From Reclinomonas americana ATCC 50394 (taxonomy: Eukaryota): a stretch of DNA of 64,000 bases. The translations under genes were made by a program, and so were the position numbers. The stretch is from positions 122,128 to 186,127 of the forward strand of contig PS015099.1 in assembly GCA_048213135.1 (NCBI GenBank), written 5' to 3'. Below, in pieces: positions 51,750-64,000 of this stretch. The notes under the pieces are model-generated. The model had not been told where the DNA came from. It made no database searches and saw only the letters and a list, made by a program, of their open reading frames with translations. Numbering within the stretch: the first letter of the stretch is position 1; every line of letters starts with the position of its first letter.

Positions 51750-53494
51750 TTTCCCGTTGTCTTTTGCTTTCCGTCGCCGCTGATCGCTTCCACCACCCAG
51801 GCCGACAACGACGCCGTTCGCAAAGTGACGCCAGATCGAACGACGTCCACCTTGGTGGACAACAGCACCAATTTGAATGGCTCGCCTCTGATCGACAGTG
51901 CTTTCAGTGTCGCCTACGATTCGTCGTCGCAGTACGTGTACTTCAGCTCGTACAACACGCACACCATTCGGTACGTGTGTGAGCACTCGACTTGCGTCTT
52001 GTCAATGCGTGACGTAAACTCTTCTGACTTGTCGACAATTATAGACGGATCAAGAGTGACGGGAGTGGCGCGATAGTCTTCTGCGGACAGCACAATACGA
52101 GCGGGGCCGTCGATGGCGATTGTTCGACGACGGCTACATTCAATCAGCCATCTTCGTTTGCGGTGGACCAGGCACGCAATATGCTGTACGTTGGCTCTGA
52201 TACCGACAGGGTTGTTCGACAAATCAATCTGACCACGAATCAAGTGACGACGATTGCGGGCACTGGGGCGACTGGATCTGATGACGGGGCTGCGCTCAAT
52301 GCGACTTTCCAGTCGACAATCAGCGTGGTTCTGGATGTGACGCGCAATGTGTTGTACGTTGCCGAACGCGACTATGGCAGCGTCCGCCAGCTCGACCTGT
52401 TAAGCATGAACGTCTCGACCATTGTCAACGGCCCGAGTGGCAGTGTCAACGGGCCACTGGCAAATGCGCAATTCAACTTTGCGGTGAGTATCTTGCTTCT
52501 CTGCTGCGCTATGGTTTCTCTCGTGAGTCCAAAGGAATGGACTGACACGCTACTCTTGTGTGCAGTTTGGCATCATCGTCGACGGTAATCGGTTGTATGT
52601 CACCGGTGAGTCAGAAAATGAGCAGAGGGGAGGGCTTGTGAACTGCTGGAGGTATTGAGCATCTTACACGTGGGATTGTTGGTACAGACTTCAGCGCATG
52701 TGTGGTCCATCTCATCAAGTTGCAACCATCAACTGCACGGATCACGGCATCGCCGAGCACAACTGGGGCCGGCTTCCCCGCCTCGGTATCGAAAGCTGTT
52801 GCGCAGCTCAACAGCGGCGCGACGTACTACTTCCGTGCGGTGACTGTGTTGTCCGACTCGACGGTGCTTACCGGATCGACACTGTCGTTTACGAGTGCGT
52901 CCGCGTTTGTGTGTGGGGTGCTTTGTGCGTGTATTGATGGACTGATAGTACTCACACTGGACGTATGTGTTGTGCAGCATCTGGCGCACTGACGACAGGG
53001 TTCTCGCCGACGTCGATTGCGGCGACGACGAGCAATGTGCAGATTGTGGTGACGGGTGTGAACTTGTTGGCGAGTGACGTGGTGCAGGTGGAGTCGGGGG
53101 CAACATGCAGCGGCAGTGGGACGGCGCTGACGCACGTGTCTGTGTCGAGTGACGGGACTACGAAAACTGTCAAGACTCCGAGTCCGTCGACGGCACTGAC
53201 GAATGGATTGTACTCTGTGTGGTACGTGGCTGTTGAAGTATGAGAGGGAGAGAGAGAGAGAGAGAGGAGGAGAGGAGGAGAGGAGGAGGAGGGAAGGAGG
53301 AGGAGGAGAGAGAGGAGAGAGAGAGAGAGAGAGAGGAGGAGAGNNNNNNNNNNNNNNNNNNNNNNNNNNNNNNNNNNNNNNNNNNNNNNNNNNNNNNNNN
53401 NNNNNNNNNNNNNNNNNNNNNNNNNNNNNNNNNNNNNNNNNNNNNNNNNNNNNNNNNNNNNNNNNNNNTCGTCGTTCGTCGTAGTACGTACGTA

Positions 53495-53544
<50 letters not shown>

Positions 53545-56500
53545 CTCCATCTCGTGGATACGACAGCTGCACTTGCGACGAGCAGCGCGGCGACTGCAGT
53601 GTCTACGTACACGGCGACGGTGAATGGGTCGATCACGAACAACTCTGGTGCGGCGAGCAGCAACTATTTCGAGTTGGCGCGATCGAGCAGTGATTTCACG
53701 ACAGCGTCGTCGGTGACGACGTATGCTGGTACGCTGGGCACTCCTGGAACAACCAATGGACCGCTTGCGAGTGCGCTGTTCAATGATCCGCGAGTTATGT
53801 CTCTGCTTCCTGCATGATTGCTTGTGCTTATGAGCGACCGCGAATGATATTTCTCCTGACACTTGATTTCGTGATGCGTTCCGCAACTGCAGGCAATCGT
53901 TGGCGACTCTGAGGGCAACTTGTACTTGGTGGAAGCAGTGTTGCGTGCTTGTGCTGCGTCTTGCGCTGATGAGCCGGCGATAGGTTGTCGCTGAATCTCT
54001 CTCTCTCTCTCTCCTCCTCTCTCTCTCTCTCTGTGCACCCTTCGTTCCTGTCTTGAACATCTTCCCGTGTAATTGTATTTTGTCGTTCTGTTTCGTTTCA
54101 TCCGCTTCTGCTTGGCGGTTGGGTATTGATCTTCTGCGTCTCTGCGTGCTCACCCACTTGCCGTCGTAGTCGTCAAACAACGCCATTCGTCGCGTGTCGT
54201 CGACTGGGTACACGACATCACTGGTCACGAGCAGCAGTGCCACTCCCGCTCCAGACTTTATCTACAGTGTGGTGTACGACGCGGGCAACCAGGTGCTTTA
54301 CTTTTCCGAGTTGAACCAGCATACTGTAAGGTGAGGTGGCACGCAGCATGTGGAGTGTGTGAGAAGGAATGTGGAGCGTGTGCTTTGTATGTGGAGCGAT
54401 TGCCTTGATCAGTATTTGCAGTTGTCTATGTGATTAGCTCTTCCGCTTCCCGATGCATGTCCCTGACGCGGTATACGGAGTTTGAACGTATTTGCTCATA
54501 TCTGTATGTTTCCTCTTTTTCTAGGCGTGTGAACGCCGGCGGCTCGTCCATCACCTTGCTGTGTGGTCAATACGGCACTTTTGGTTCTGTAGACGGCGAC
54601 TGCTCTACCACAACTGCAACTTTCTTCAGCCCCGCCGGGCTGGCGTTGGATTTATCCGTCAACAAGCTGTATGTGGCTAGTGCTAGTACCTCAAAGGTTA
54701 GGCAGCTGGACTTGGCGGCGAGCCCACTGCAGCTTGGCACTCTTGTCGGCCAAGCCACCCAGGGGTACACTGTGGGCCCCGCTGCATCTGCGCTGTTCGT
54801 CGCCCTACGCGCGCTGTACCTCGACGAAGTGCGACGGATCCTGTACATTGCTGACGGTTCAGTGGGCGTCAAGCAGCTGGATCTCAACACCATGGTCGTG
54901 TCGGCTCTCACTGTGCCTGCGCTGCGTGCGTCGTCTGTGGATGGACCGTTGACAGATGCCGTTGTAGCCTTCCCGGTGCGTGAATATCACTGCAACGTAG
55001 CTGGAAGTTTGATGAGATCTTTGTTTGCACTCGTATATATGTGTACTTCCCATGAATGTGTGTTGTGTGTATATCTGTGTGTGACTTTGTACATTGATGG
55101 AGCACGTATCTTGTTGTCGTTCGATGTTGTGTGTGAAACCAGTCACTATGTCAACAAAATAGCATGGGATTTAGAGGAGTGGATGTACAACATCATACAC
55201 TTTGCTGTTGCACTACGCGTGTAGCTGAGGCCTGCATCTTCTTTACAGTTTGGCATGTACTTGGCGCAAGGCAATCAACTCTATGTGACTGGTGAGTTGC
55301 AGAATTCCTTTTGCGCGCTTGGCTGATTGACGGCGACTGTCCCGTTCACTGTGATTCTTTGTATTAGAGTTTTCTGGTACTCCTGGAGCTGGTAACATCA
55401 TTCGATTGATCACGCTGCAGCCTGGAGAGTGCCGCATCACTGCCGGTCCATCGACAAGTGCGTCCGGCACAACCGCCAGCATCAGTGACGCCCTGTCGCA
55501 GCTGACGCCTGGATCGGCCAACTATTTCCGTGCGGTGACTGTGCTGTCGGATTCGACTGTGGTGGCTGGATCGACGCTGTCGTTCACGACGAGTTGCGTT
55601 GGCGGAGTGGGTGGTTCCCTTTGCGCGGCTCTTGTTGACTTTGCTCTCTTCCCGCGTCGTGATTAGATGTTGCACCGTCGACGACGAGCTTTTCGCCGAG
55701 CAGCATTACTGCGGAGACGAGTGGCGTGCAGATTGTTGTGACGGGCACTGCGTTGCAGACGTCAGATGTGGTGCAAGTGCAGGTGGGAGCGAATTGCACT
55801 GGCGGCGGCACAGCGCTGTCGTCGGTGTCTGTGGGCGGCGGCGGAACGACGAAGACGGTGCAGACGAGTGGCGTGTCACTGGCAGTGGGATCGTATGCTG
55901 TGTGGTGCGTTTTGTGATGGGGAGAAGCAAGAGAGAGTGAGAGAGTGAGAGAGAGGAGAAAATCCAGGGAGGCGGAGAGGGATGAGAAGAGTCGATACAT
56001 GAGATGTCAGTGCGGTTGTTTGCGAATTTGATTAAGAAAATGAGGGAGGTGATGAGGAAGAAAGAGGTGGCTGTTGTTAGAGGGTGTAGTTGTTGTGTTG
56101 GGTGTTTGCATTGACGAGTAGCTGGGGTCAATAGATAGACAGTGTGGAGCAAGATGGAAGTGGGAGAGTAAAGTATGGCGTCATCAAGCCGACTTGGTAC
56201 GAAACTGACTGTTTTTGACCTCCACAGCATCCAGTTTGGAGGAACGGGACTGTGGAGCACTGTGCCGGGGACGCTGACTGTTGGTGTGTTAACCTTCATG
56301 TGTTTTATAGAGTGCCATCTCTCTCTCTCTCTCTCTCTCTCCCCTTCTGCGTTTTTTGTAGATGCTCATGCTGATTTGTGGTGTGTGTGCAATGTGCAGT
56401 GGCTTTGGCGGAGTCGTTTTCGCCATCGTTAATACATCCGAACACTGCTGGCCAGACGGTGACAGTGACTGGGCGTGCGTTGACGGCAAGTGATACTGTG

Positions 56501-57998
56501 CGATTGGTGTCTGGCGGAACGTGCGTGAGTGGCACAACGACGTACAACATGACGAGTGGAGCGTTGGGTGGGTCGGCTGGAGCGCGCACGCTGACCGTGT
56601 CGACGGGCAACACCAGTCTCGCGGCCGGATCGTATCTTGTGTGGTTCGTTTGTTGCCCTCATTTTTGTTTCTCTTCGTGCACTGCTTGTGTGACAATCCT
56701 CGTGTTTGTGTTTGCAGTTACTTGTACGGCGGAACAGGGACGCCAGTGCAAGTTGGCAGCACATCGCTTCTCGTCAGCAACGGTGAGTTCATTTACTCAT
56801 GATAATATTAGCCAGCACACATGATTATTGACTGTCGTATTCTCGATCATATCAGCGTCGTCGGCAACGACAAACGCCGCGTCAGCAGTGTCGTCGCTCA
56901 CTGCGACACTGAATGGCCTGGTCACCAACGTTTCTGCTTCGGCCAGCAACAACTACTTTGAGCTCGCGGTCGACAGCGGGGATTTCTNNNNNNNNNNNNN
57001 NNNNNNNAGATGGATCACACACTCAGCAAGACCTGAACCCACAACGCCATGTAAGATGCTCTATCCGCCCGACAATTCACAGGACCTCCCTTTTCTTCTT
57101 CTTCCACTCACCGGTGGCGTACAGCCGATTACCGTTGACGACGACGCCAAACTGCACACAAGAGTTGCGCCTCAGTTCGTTGTGCTGGAATCACAATACA
57201 ACACAGCAAACGAAATCAATGAAGAACTACAAACCACATATTGCAACAGCGCACTCGCCAGTGGCCCGTTCACAGTGCCAGGCCCATGAACGACAGTTGA
57301 AACATCCATACTCGACAGGTCGAGTTGACGAATACTACCATGGCCGCCTTCGGCAACGTACAGCACATCGCGCGTGATATCCAGAGCCACGCCGAATGTC
57401 GACTGGAAAGTCGCACTGAGCGCAGCTCCGTCATCTGATCCAATCACCCCAGTGCCCGCAATCGTCGTCACTTGGTTCGTGGTCAGATTGATTTGTCGAA
57501 TTATCATACTGATGCCAGAGCCAACATACAGCATATTGCGTGCCTGGTCCACCGCAAAGGAAGATGGCTGATTGAATGTAGCCGTCGATAAACAATCGCC
57601 GTTGGTGGTGCCGCTCGTATTTTGATGTCCGCAAAACAACGTCGCGCCAGTTCCGTCGCTCTTGATGCGACTGTATACGCGAACCTAGAAATCAGAGTCC
57701 GCATAACAGTCAACGAGCGTANNNNNNNNNNNNNNNNNNNNNNNNNNNNNNNNNNNNNNNNNNNNNNNNNNNNNNNNNNNNNNNNNNNNNNNNNNNNNNN
57801 NNNNNNNNNNNNNNNNNNNNNNNNNNNNNNNNNNNNNNNNNNNNNNNNNNNNNNNNNNNNNNNNNNNNNNNNNNNNNNNNNNNNNNNNNNNNNNNNNNNN
57901 NNNNNNNNNNNNNNNNNNNNNNNNNNNNNNNNNNNNNNNNNNNNNNNNNNNNNNNNNNNNNNNNNNNNNNNNNNNNNNNNNNCGTACGTACGTACGTA

Positions 57999-58058
<60 letters not shown>

Positions 58059-59520
58059 CTCGTGGATACGACAGCTGCCCTTGCGACGAGCGCTGCGGCG
58101 ACAGCCGTGTCCACGTACACGGCTACAGTGAACGGGTCGATCACGAACAACTCTGGTGCGACGAGCAGCAACTATTTCGAGTTGGCGCGATCGAGTAGTG
58201 ATTTCACGACAGCGTCGTCGGTGACGACGTATGCTGGCACGCTGGGCACTCCTGGAACAACCAATGGACCGCTTGCGAGTGCGCTGTTCAACGATCCGCG
58301 AGTTACGTCTCTGCTTCCTGCGTGATTGCTTGTGCTTATGAGCGACCGCGAATGATATTTCTCCTGACACTTGATTTCGTGATGCGTTTGCACTGCAGGG
58401 CATTGTTGGCGACTCTAAAGGCGATTTGTACCTTGTGGAAGCAGGGTTGCGTGCCTTTGCTGCGTCTTGCGCCGATGAGCCGGCGATCACTTCTCGCTGA
58501 ATCTCTCTCTCTCTCCCCCTCTCTCTCTCCTATTCCTTGCTCTTGCGCAGCAATAACTGCATTCGGTTTATCGATGTGTCGTCGGGCATGGTGTCGACGT
58601 TTGCTGGTGTGTGTGGAGCAACTGGAGCATTGGTGGATGGTGTGGCGACTACGGCGCGGTTCAACGGGTTCGTGTGGTTTTTTCATTTGAGGCTGTCGTT
58701 AGATTGAGGTCGGAGTGTGTGTCTGACATGTCGTCGATAATGTTTCGTGCGTGTGTGCAGTCCACGAGGCCTCGCCATTGATCTGGAGTCGAGCACGCTG
58801 TTTGTTGCTGATGTGCGTGAGACACCGGGCGATTCGTTCGCCTTGTTTCTATGTCATGTGTACGCTAGTTACCACGATGCACACTTCTCGTTCCTTCTTG
58901 CCACCTTGCTGCGATTCTGTTGTTCTATTATGTCATTCCTTTTGAAAAAAACACGAATTCTCTTTATCTTGACTTGGCTGTAAACTGTTGGCCATGTGCG
59001 TCTCTGTGAACTCACTTCTGTTTTCACAGTCATCAAACAACGCACTACGACGAGTGTCGTCGACTGGGTACACAACGACGCTGGTCACGAGCAGTAGTGC
59101 GACACCGGCTCCGGACTTCATCTACAGTGTGGTGTACGACGCGGGCAACGAAGTGTTGTACTTTTCCGAGTTCATCCAGCATGCTGTGCGGTGAGTGGCT
59201 GGTGGAAAGTAAGCCTGGAGCAGCAGAGTGCAAGAGAGATTTTATTTATCAGTGAGTTGGTAGGATAATGTCAGAAAGTGCCAGGCTGACCATCTCTTTT
59301 GTGGCTTTCGTGTTTGTGGTGGTCTTTTTCGACGGGGTTTCTATCTCTATGTCATTTGCGTTTACTGAACCCTCTGTGTNNNNNNNNNNNNNNNNNNNNN
59401 NNNNNNNNNNNNNNNNNNNNNNNNNNNNNNNNNNNNNNNNNNNNNNNNNNNNNNNNNNNNNNNNNNNNNNNNNNNNNNNNNNNNNNNNNNNNNNNNNNNN
59501 NNNNNNNNNNNNNNNNNNNN

Positions 59521-59578
<58 letters not shown>

Positions 59579-61819
59579 AGTGGCTTCGGCGGAGTCGTTT
59601 ACTCCATCGACGATCACGCCGAATACGGCCGGGCAGACGGTGACGGTGACTGGGCGAGCATTGTCAGCAAGTGATGCTGTGCGATTGGTGTCTGGCGGAA
59701 CGTGCGTGAGTGGCACGACGACGTACAACATGACGAGTGGAGCTGTGAGTGGGTCGGCTGGAGCGCGCACGCTGACTGTGTCGACGGGCAACACCAGTCT
59801 GGCGGCCGGATCTTATCTTGTGTGGTACGCTCACTGTATTGCGTTTTGTGACTCTCCTTGTGCAGTACTTGTGTGTCACCCTCGTGTTTGTGTTTGCAGT
59901 TACTTGTACGGCGGAACGGGTACGCCAGTGCAAGTTGGCAGCACGTCTTTAACCGTTGCAACAGGTGTGTTCTATGTTGTATCACTTTGCATCCATTTTC
60001 CCGCTTTTCACTCTCTCCTTTGGCAACAGGAACAAGCGTGACGAGCTTCACGCCGAGCAACATCATTGCGGAGACGAGTGGAGTGCAAGTGACTGTGAGT
60101 GGCAGTGGTCTGGCGGATGCGGATGTGGTGCAAGTTCAGAGTGCGGGATCGTGCACGGGTGCTGGCACCGTGCTGTCTCTCGTTTCGACGGCTGCCGATG
60201 GACTGACCACGATTCGGCAAACCACGAGCACGTCGCTTGCGGCGGGATCGTACTGGGTGTGGTGCGTGTGTTTGTGTCGTTCGGATTGGAAGACATGCAT
60301 GTGTGCAACGAGCGAAGAAGCGTTCGTGCTTTAGCAAGCAAGCAAGAGAGTTAGAGAGAGAGAGAGGGAGAAGAAGATCTACGAACGAGATTGCATGTTT
60401 CGTCTTGAACTGATCAGACTGGCGTGTGTTTCTCGCACAGCATTCACTTTGCGAGCGCGGGTGCGGGTGTCTGGCAGCAAGTGCCGGGCGTACTGACAGT
60501 AGGTGCGTGTCTGTGTGGCATGTGTTGAACTGAGAACTGTCACCCTTCTTCTCTCTCTCTCTCTCTCTGTGTGTGTATGTGTGTGTGTATGTGTGCGTGT
60601 GTATGTGTGTGTATATGTGTGTGTTGTGTGTGTGTGTTGTTTTTCGTAACGAGTTGACCTCATGCTGATTGTGATGTGTGATGTGCAGTGGCGTCGGCGG
60701 AGTCGTTTTCTCCGTCGACGATTACACCCAACACGGCTGGCCAGACGGTGACGGTGACTGGGCGAGCATTGTCAGCAAGTGATGCTGTGCGATTGGTGTC
60801 TGGTGGCACGTGCGTGAGCGGCACGACGACGTACAACATGACGAGCGGAGCAGTGGGTGGGTCGGCTGGAGCGCGCACGCTGACTGTGTCGACGGGCAAC
60901 ACGAGTCTGGCGGCCGGATCGTATCTCGTGTGGTTCGTTTCTGCATTCAGTGTGCGACTCTCCTTGGGTACTGTTGTTGTGACATCCTCGTGTTTCGGTG
61001 CAGTTACTTGTACGGCGGAACGGGGACGCCAGTGCAAGTTGGCAGCACGTTGCTTCTCGTAAGCAATGGTTTGTTCGTTTTCATGATATTATCCTCATTA
61101 CGCATGATTATTGACTGATGTATTCTCGATCGTCTCAGCGTCGTCGGCAACGACAAACGCCGCGTCAGCAGTGTCGTCGCTCACTGCGACACTGAATGGT
61201 CTGGTCACCAACATTTCTGCGTCGGCCAGCAACAACTACTTTGAGCTTGCGGTCGACAGCGGGGATTTCTCGACGGCGTCCGCGGTCAGCACCTTTGCTG
61301 GCAGCTATAATACCAACGGTTTCAAGAACGACGATCGACTGCATGCGATGTTCAATGGCCCACTTGTTGAGTAACTGATCGCATGATTTACCATGCAACA
61401 TGCTATGTATGAGTTTTTTTCCGATCTTGATCTCATGTGTTTTCATTTGTTAGGGAATGACAACGGATGCACGCGGCAATCTGTATGTCGCCGACTACCT
61501 GTTGCGTTGATGCCCGCATGTATTGCCATGATGACGCAGACCTGATTTGACTCTGGTGTGTGCTTCCGTGCAGCAATCAATGCATCCGATTTGTCGACAT
61601 TCACTCTGGAGATGTGTCGACATACACTGGCGGATGTGGCCAGACGCACGACTATGTGAACGGCGGTCCGTCTGTTGCTCGATTCTATAAGTTGCGTTGA
61701 ATTGCTGCTGTTGTGCGCGCGCGGGGTTCCTCTCTCGTTANNNNNNNNNNNNNNNNNNNNNNNNNNNNNNNNNNNNNNNNNNNNNNNNNNNNNNNNNNNN
61801 NNNNNNNNNNNTCCTCCTC

Positions 61820-61882
<63 letters not shown>

Positions 61883-64000
61883 TTTCCCGTTGTCTTTTGC
61901 TTTCCGTCGCCGCTGATCGCTTCCACCACACAGGCCGACAACAACGCCGTTCGTAAAGTGACCTCAGATCGGACGACGTCCACCTTGGTGGACAACAGCA
62001 CCAATTTGAATGGCTCGCCTCTGATCGACAGTGCGTTCATTGTCGCCTACGATTCATCGTCGCAATTCGTGTACTTTAGCTCGTACAACACGCACACCAT
62101 TCGGTACGTAAAGTCGCGTATTAACTGTGTTTGCACTCTGACCCCATTATTTGGCGCACACAGTCGCATCAAGAGTGACGGGACTGGCGCGATTGTGTTC
62201 TGCGGACAACACACGACGGGTGGCACTACCGATGGCGACTGCGCGACGGCAGCTAAATTCACTCTACCGTCTTCGATTGCGGTCGATCAGGCACGCAATG
62301 TGCTGTATGTCGGCTCTGGTTCCAACGTGGTAATTCGACAAATCAATCTGACCACGAACCAAGTGACGACGATTGCGGGCACTGGGGCTGCTGGATCAGG
62401 TGATGGAGCTGCACTCAGTGCGACTTTCCAGTCGACATTCGGCGTGGTTCTGGATATCACGCGCGATGTGTTGTACGTTGCCGAACGCGACCGTGGCAGC
62501 GTCCGCCAGCTCAACCTGTCGAGCATGAACGTCTCGACCGTTGTCAACGGCCCGAGTGGCAGTGTCAACGGGCCACTGGCAAATGCGCAATTCAACTTTG
62601 CGGTGAGTATCTTGCTTCTCTGCTGCGCTATGGTTTCTCTCGTGAGTCCAAAGGAATGGACTGACACGCTACTCTTGTGTGCAGTTTGGCATCATCGTCG
62701 ACGGTAATCGGTTGTATGTCACCGGTGAGTCAGAAAATGAGCAGAGGGGAGGGCTTGTGAACTGCTGGAGGTATTGAGCATCTTACACGTGGGATTGTTG
62801 GTACAGACTTCAGCGCATGTGTGGTCCATCTCATCAAGTTGCAACCATCAACTGCACGGATCACGGCATCGCCGAGCACGACCGGGGCCGGCTCTTCTGC
62901 GTCGATATCCAAGGCTGTCGCGCAACTCAACAGCGGAGCGACGTACTACTTCCGTGCGGTGACTGTGTTGTCCGACTCGACGGTGCTTACCGGATCGACG
63001 CTGTCGTTTACGAGTGCGTCTGCGCGTGTGTGTATGATATATATTTGTGATTGATGGACTGCAATATCTAACACATGCCGTGATGTGGTATGCAGCAACT
63101 GGAGCACTGACGACAGGGTTCTCGCCGACGTCGATTGCAGCGACGACGAGCAATGTGCAGATTGTGGTGACGGGTGTGAACTTGTTGGCGAGCGATGTGG
63201 TGCAAGTGGAGTCTGGAGCGTCGTGCAGCGGCAGTGGGACGGCGCTGACGCACGTGTCGGTGTCGAGTGACGGGACAACGAAAACAGTCAAGACGCCGAG
63301 TCCGTCGACGGCACTGACGAATGGATTGGACTCTGTGTGGTACGTGGGTGTGAAGGAAGAGAGGGAGAGGGAGATAGGAAAGGGGAAGAAGTAGAAGGAG
63401 CAGAAGAAGAAGGAAGAGAGAGAGAGATAGGACGAAGGAGATGGAGAGAGAGAGAGAGAGTGAAGAAGAAGAGAGAAAAATGAGGAGGTGGACGAGGATA
63501 GAGAGTTGTGGAACTCGGTGCGTTTTCTGACGTATTGTTCTTGTTGATGTCACTGTTATTATTGCTGTTGTGCGTGTTCAGTTACTTGTATGGAGGCGTG
63601 GGCGCGGCGGAGCGTGTCGGAACGACGTCGCTTGTTATCGGCAATGGTTTGTTGGATGTTCGGGGCGCATTTTGCCTGTTGTCGCATGTCGTTGATATTT
63701 CTCTCTCTCTCTCTCTCTCTGTGGGACAGCTGCCCTTGCGACGAGCAGCGCGGCGACTGCAGTGTCTACGTACACGGCGACGGTGAACGGGTCGATCACG
63801 AACAACTCTGGTGCGACGAGCAGCAACTATTTCGAGTTGGCGCGATCGAGCAGTGATTTCACGACAGCGTCGTCGGTGACGACGTATGCTGGTACGCTGG
63901 GCACTCCTGGAACAACCAATGGACCGCTTGCGAGTGTGCTGTTCAACGATCCGCGAGTTGCGTCTCTGCTTCCTGCGTGATTGCTTGTGCTTATGAGCGA
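51078..64000 (+). CDS. Giant secreted/surface protein of repeated NHL beta-propellers, FN3-like and IPT/TIG-like domains (3'-partial, gapped)
   Basis: Signal-peptide exon MRRHALPLLFLSLLCIACVAHVAY with GTGAGT donor at 51151. NHL blades (FNQPSSFAVD...LYV; VTTIAGTG..G..DG), LNSGATYYFRAV and FSPSTI...TVTVTGRAL all recur. Linkage across gaps is inferred. Confidence 0.8.
57008..57670 (-). CDS. NHL-propeller exons of the giant protein on an inverted contig
   Basis: Minus-strand RIKSDGTG...IRQINLTTNQVTTIAGTG with the same intron positions as the plus-strand copies at about 52040 and 62160; bounded by N-gaps. Confidence 0.85.

Noticed and set aside
53223-53565. (GA)n/(CT)n pairing that bridges intron ends
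   Set aside because: Most long introns carry only one tract type, and the paralogous copy at 63340-63729 has an exon between the tracts.

Overview
Intron-dense eukaryotic scaffold, probably from a flagellated protist (organism not identifiable from the sequence). It has many N-gaps and GA/CT/GT microsatellites. Manual exon stitching gives 11 spliced genes: UBA6-type ubiquitin E1 (5'-partial); an N-anchored TPR-like protein; a low-complexity EF-hand-like protein; a four-domain fusion (PH, NmrA-like Rossmann, SRPBCC, ADP-ribosylglycohydrolase); a FAM227-like protein; NDC80; a multi-pass membrane protein with LamG, FN3 and PPxY motifs; an ENA-type P2D ATPase; asparagine synthetase; a CLC channel with Val replacing the gating Glu; and a giant secreted NHL/FN3-like/IPT repeat protein (3'-partial). 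The strongest signal is in splicing. In the densely spliced genes roughly a third of introns start GTT (mostly GTTGCG, also GTTGAG, GTTAAG, GTTACG, GTTATG), usually after a non-G exon end. This looks like the normal donor consensus shifted by one base. Two small contigs appear mis-oriented. All assignments come from motif recognition by eye; no database searches were run.
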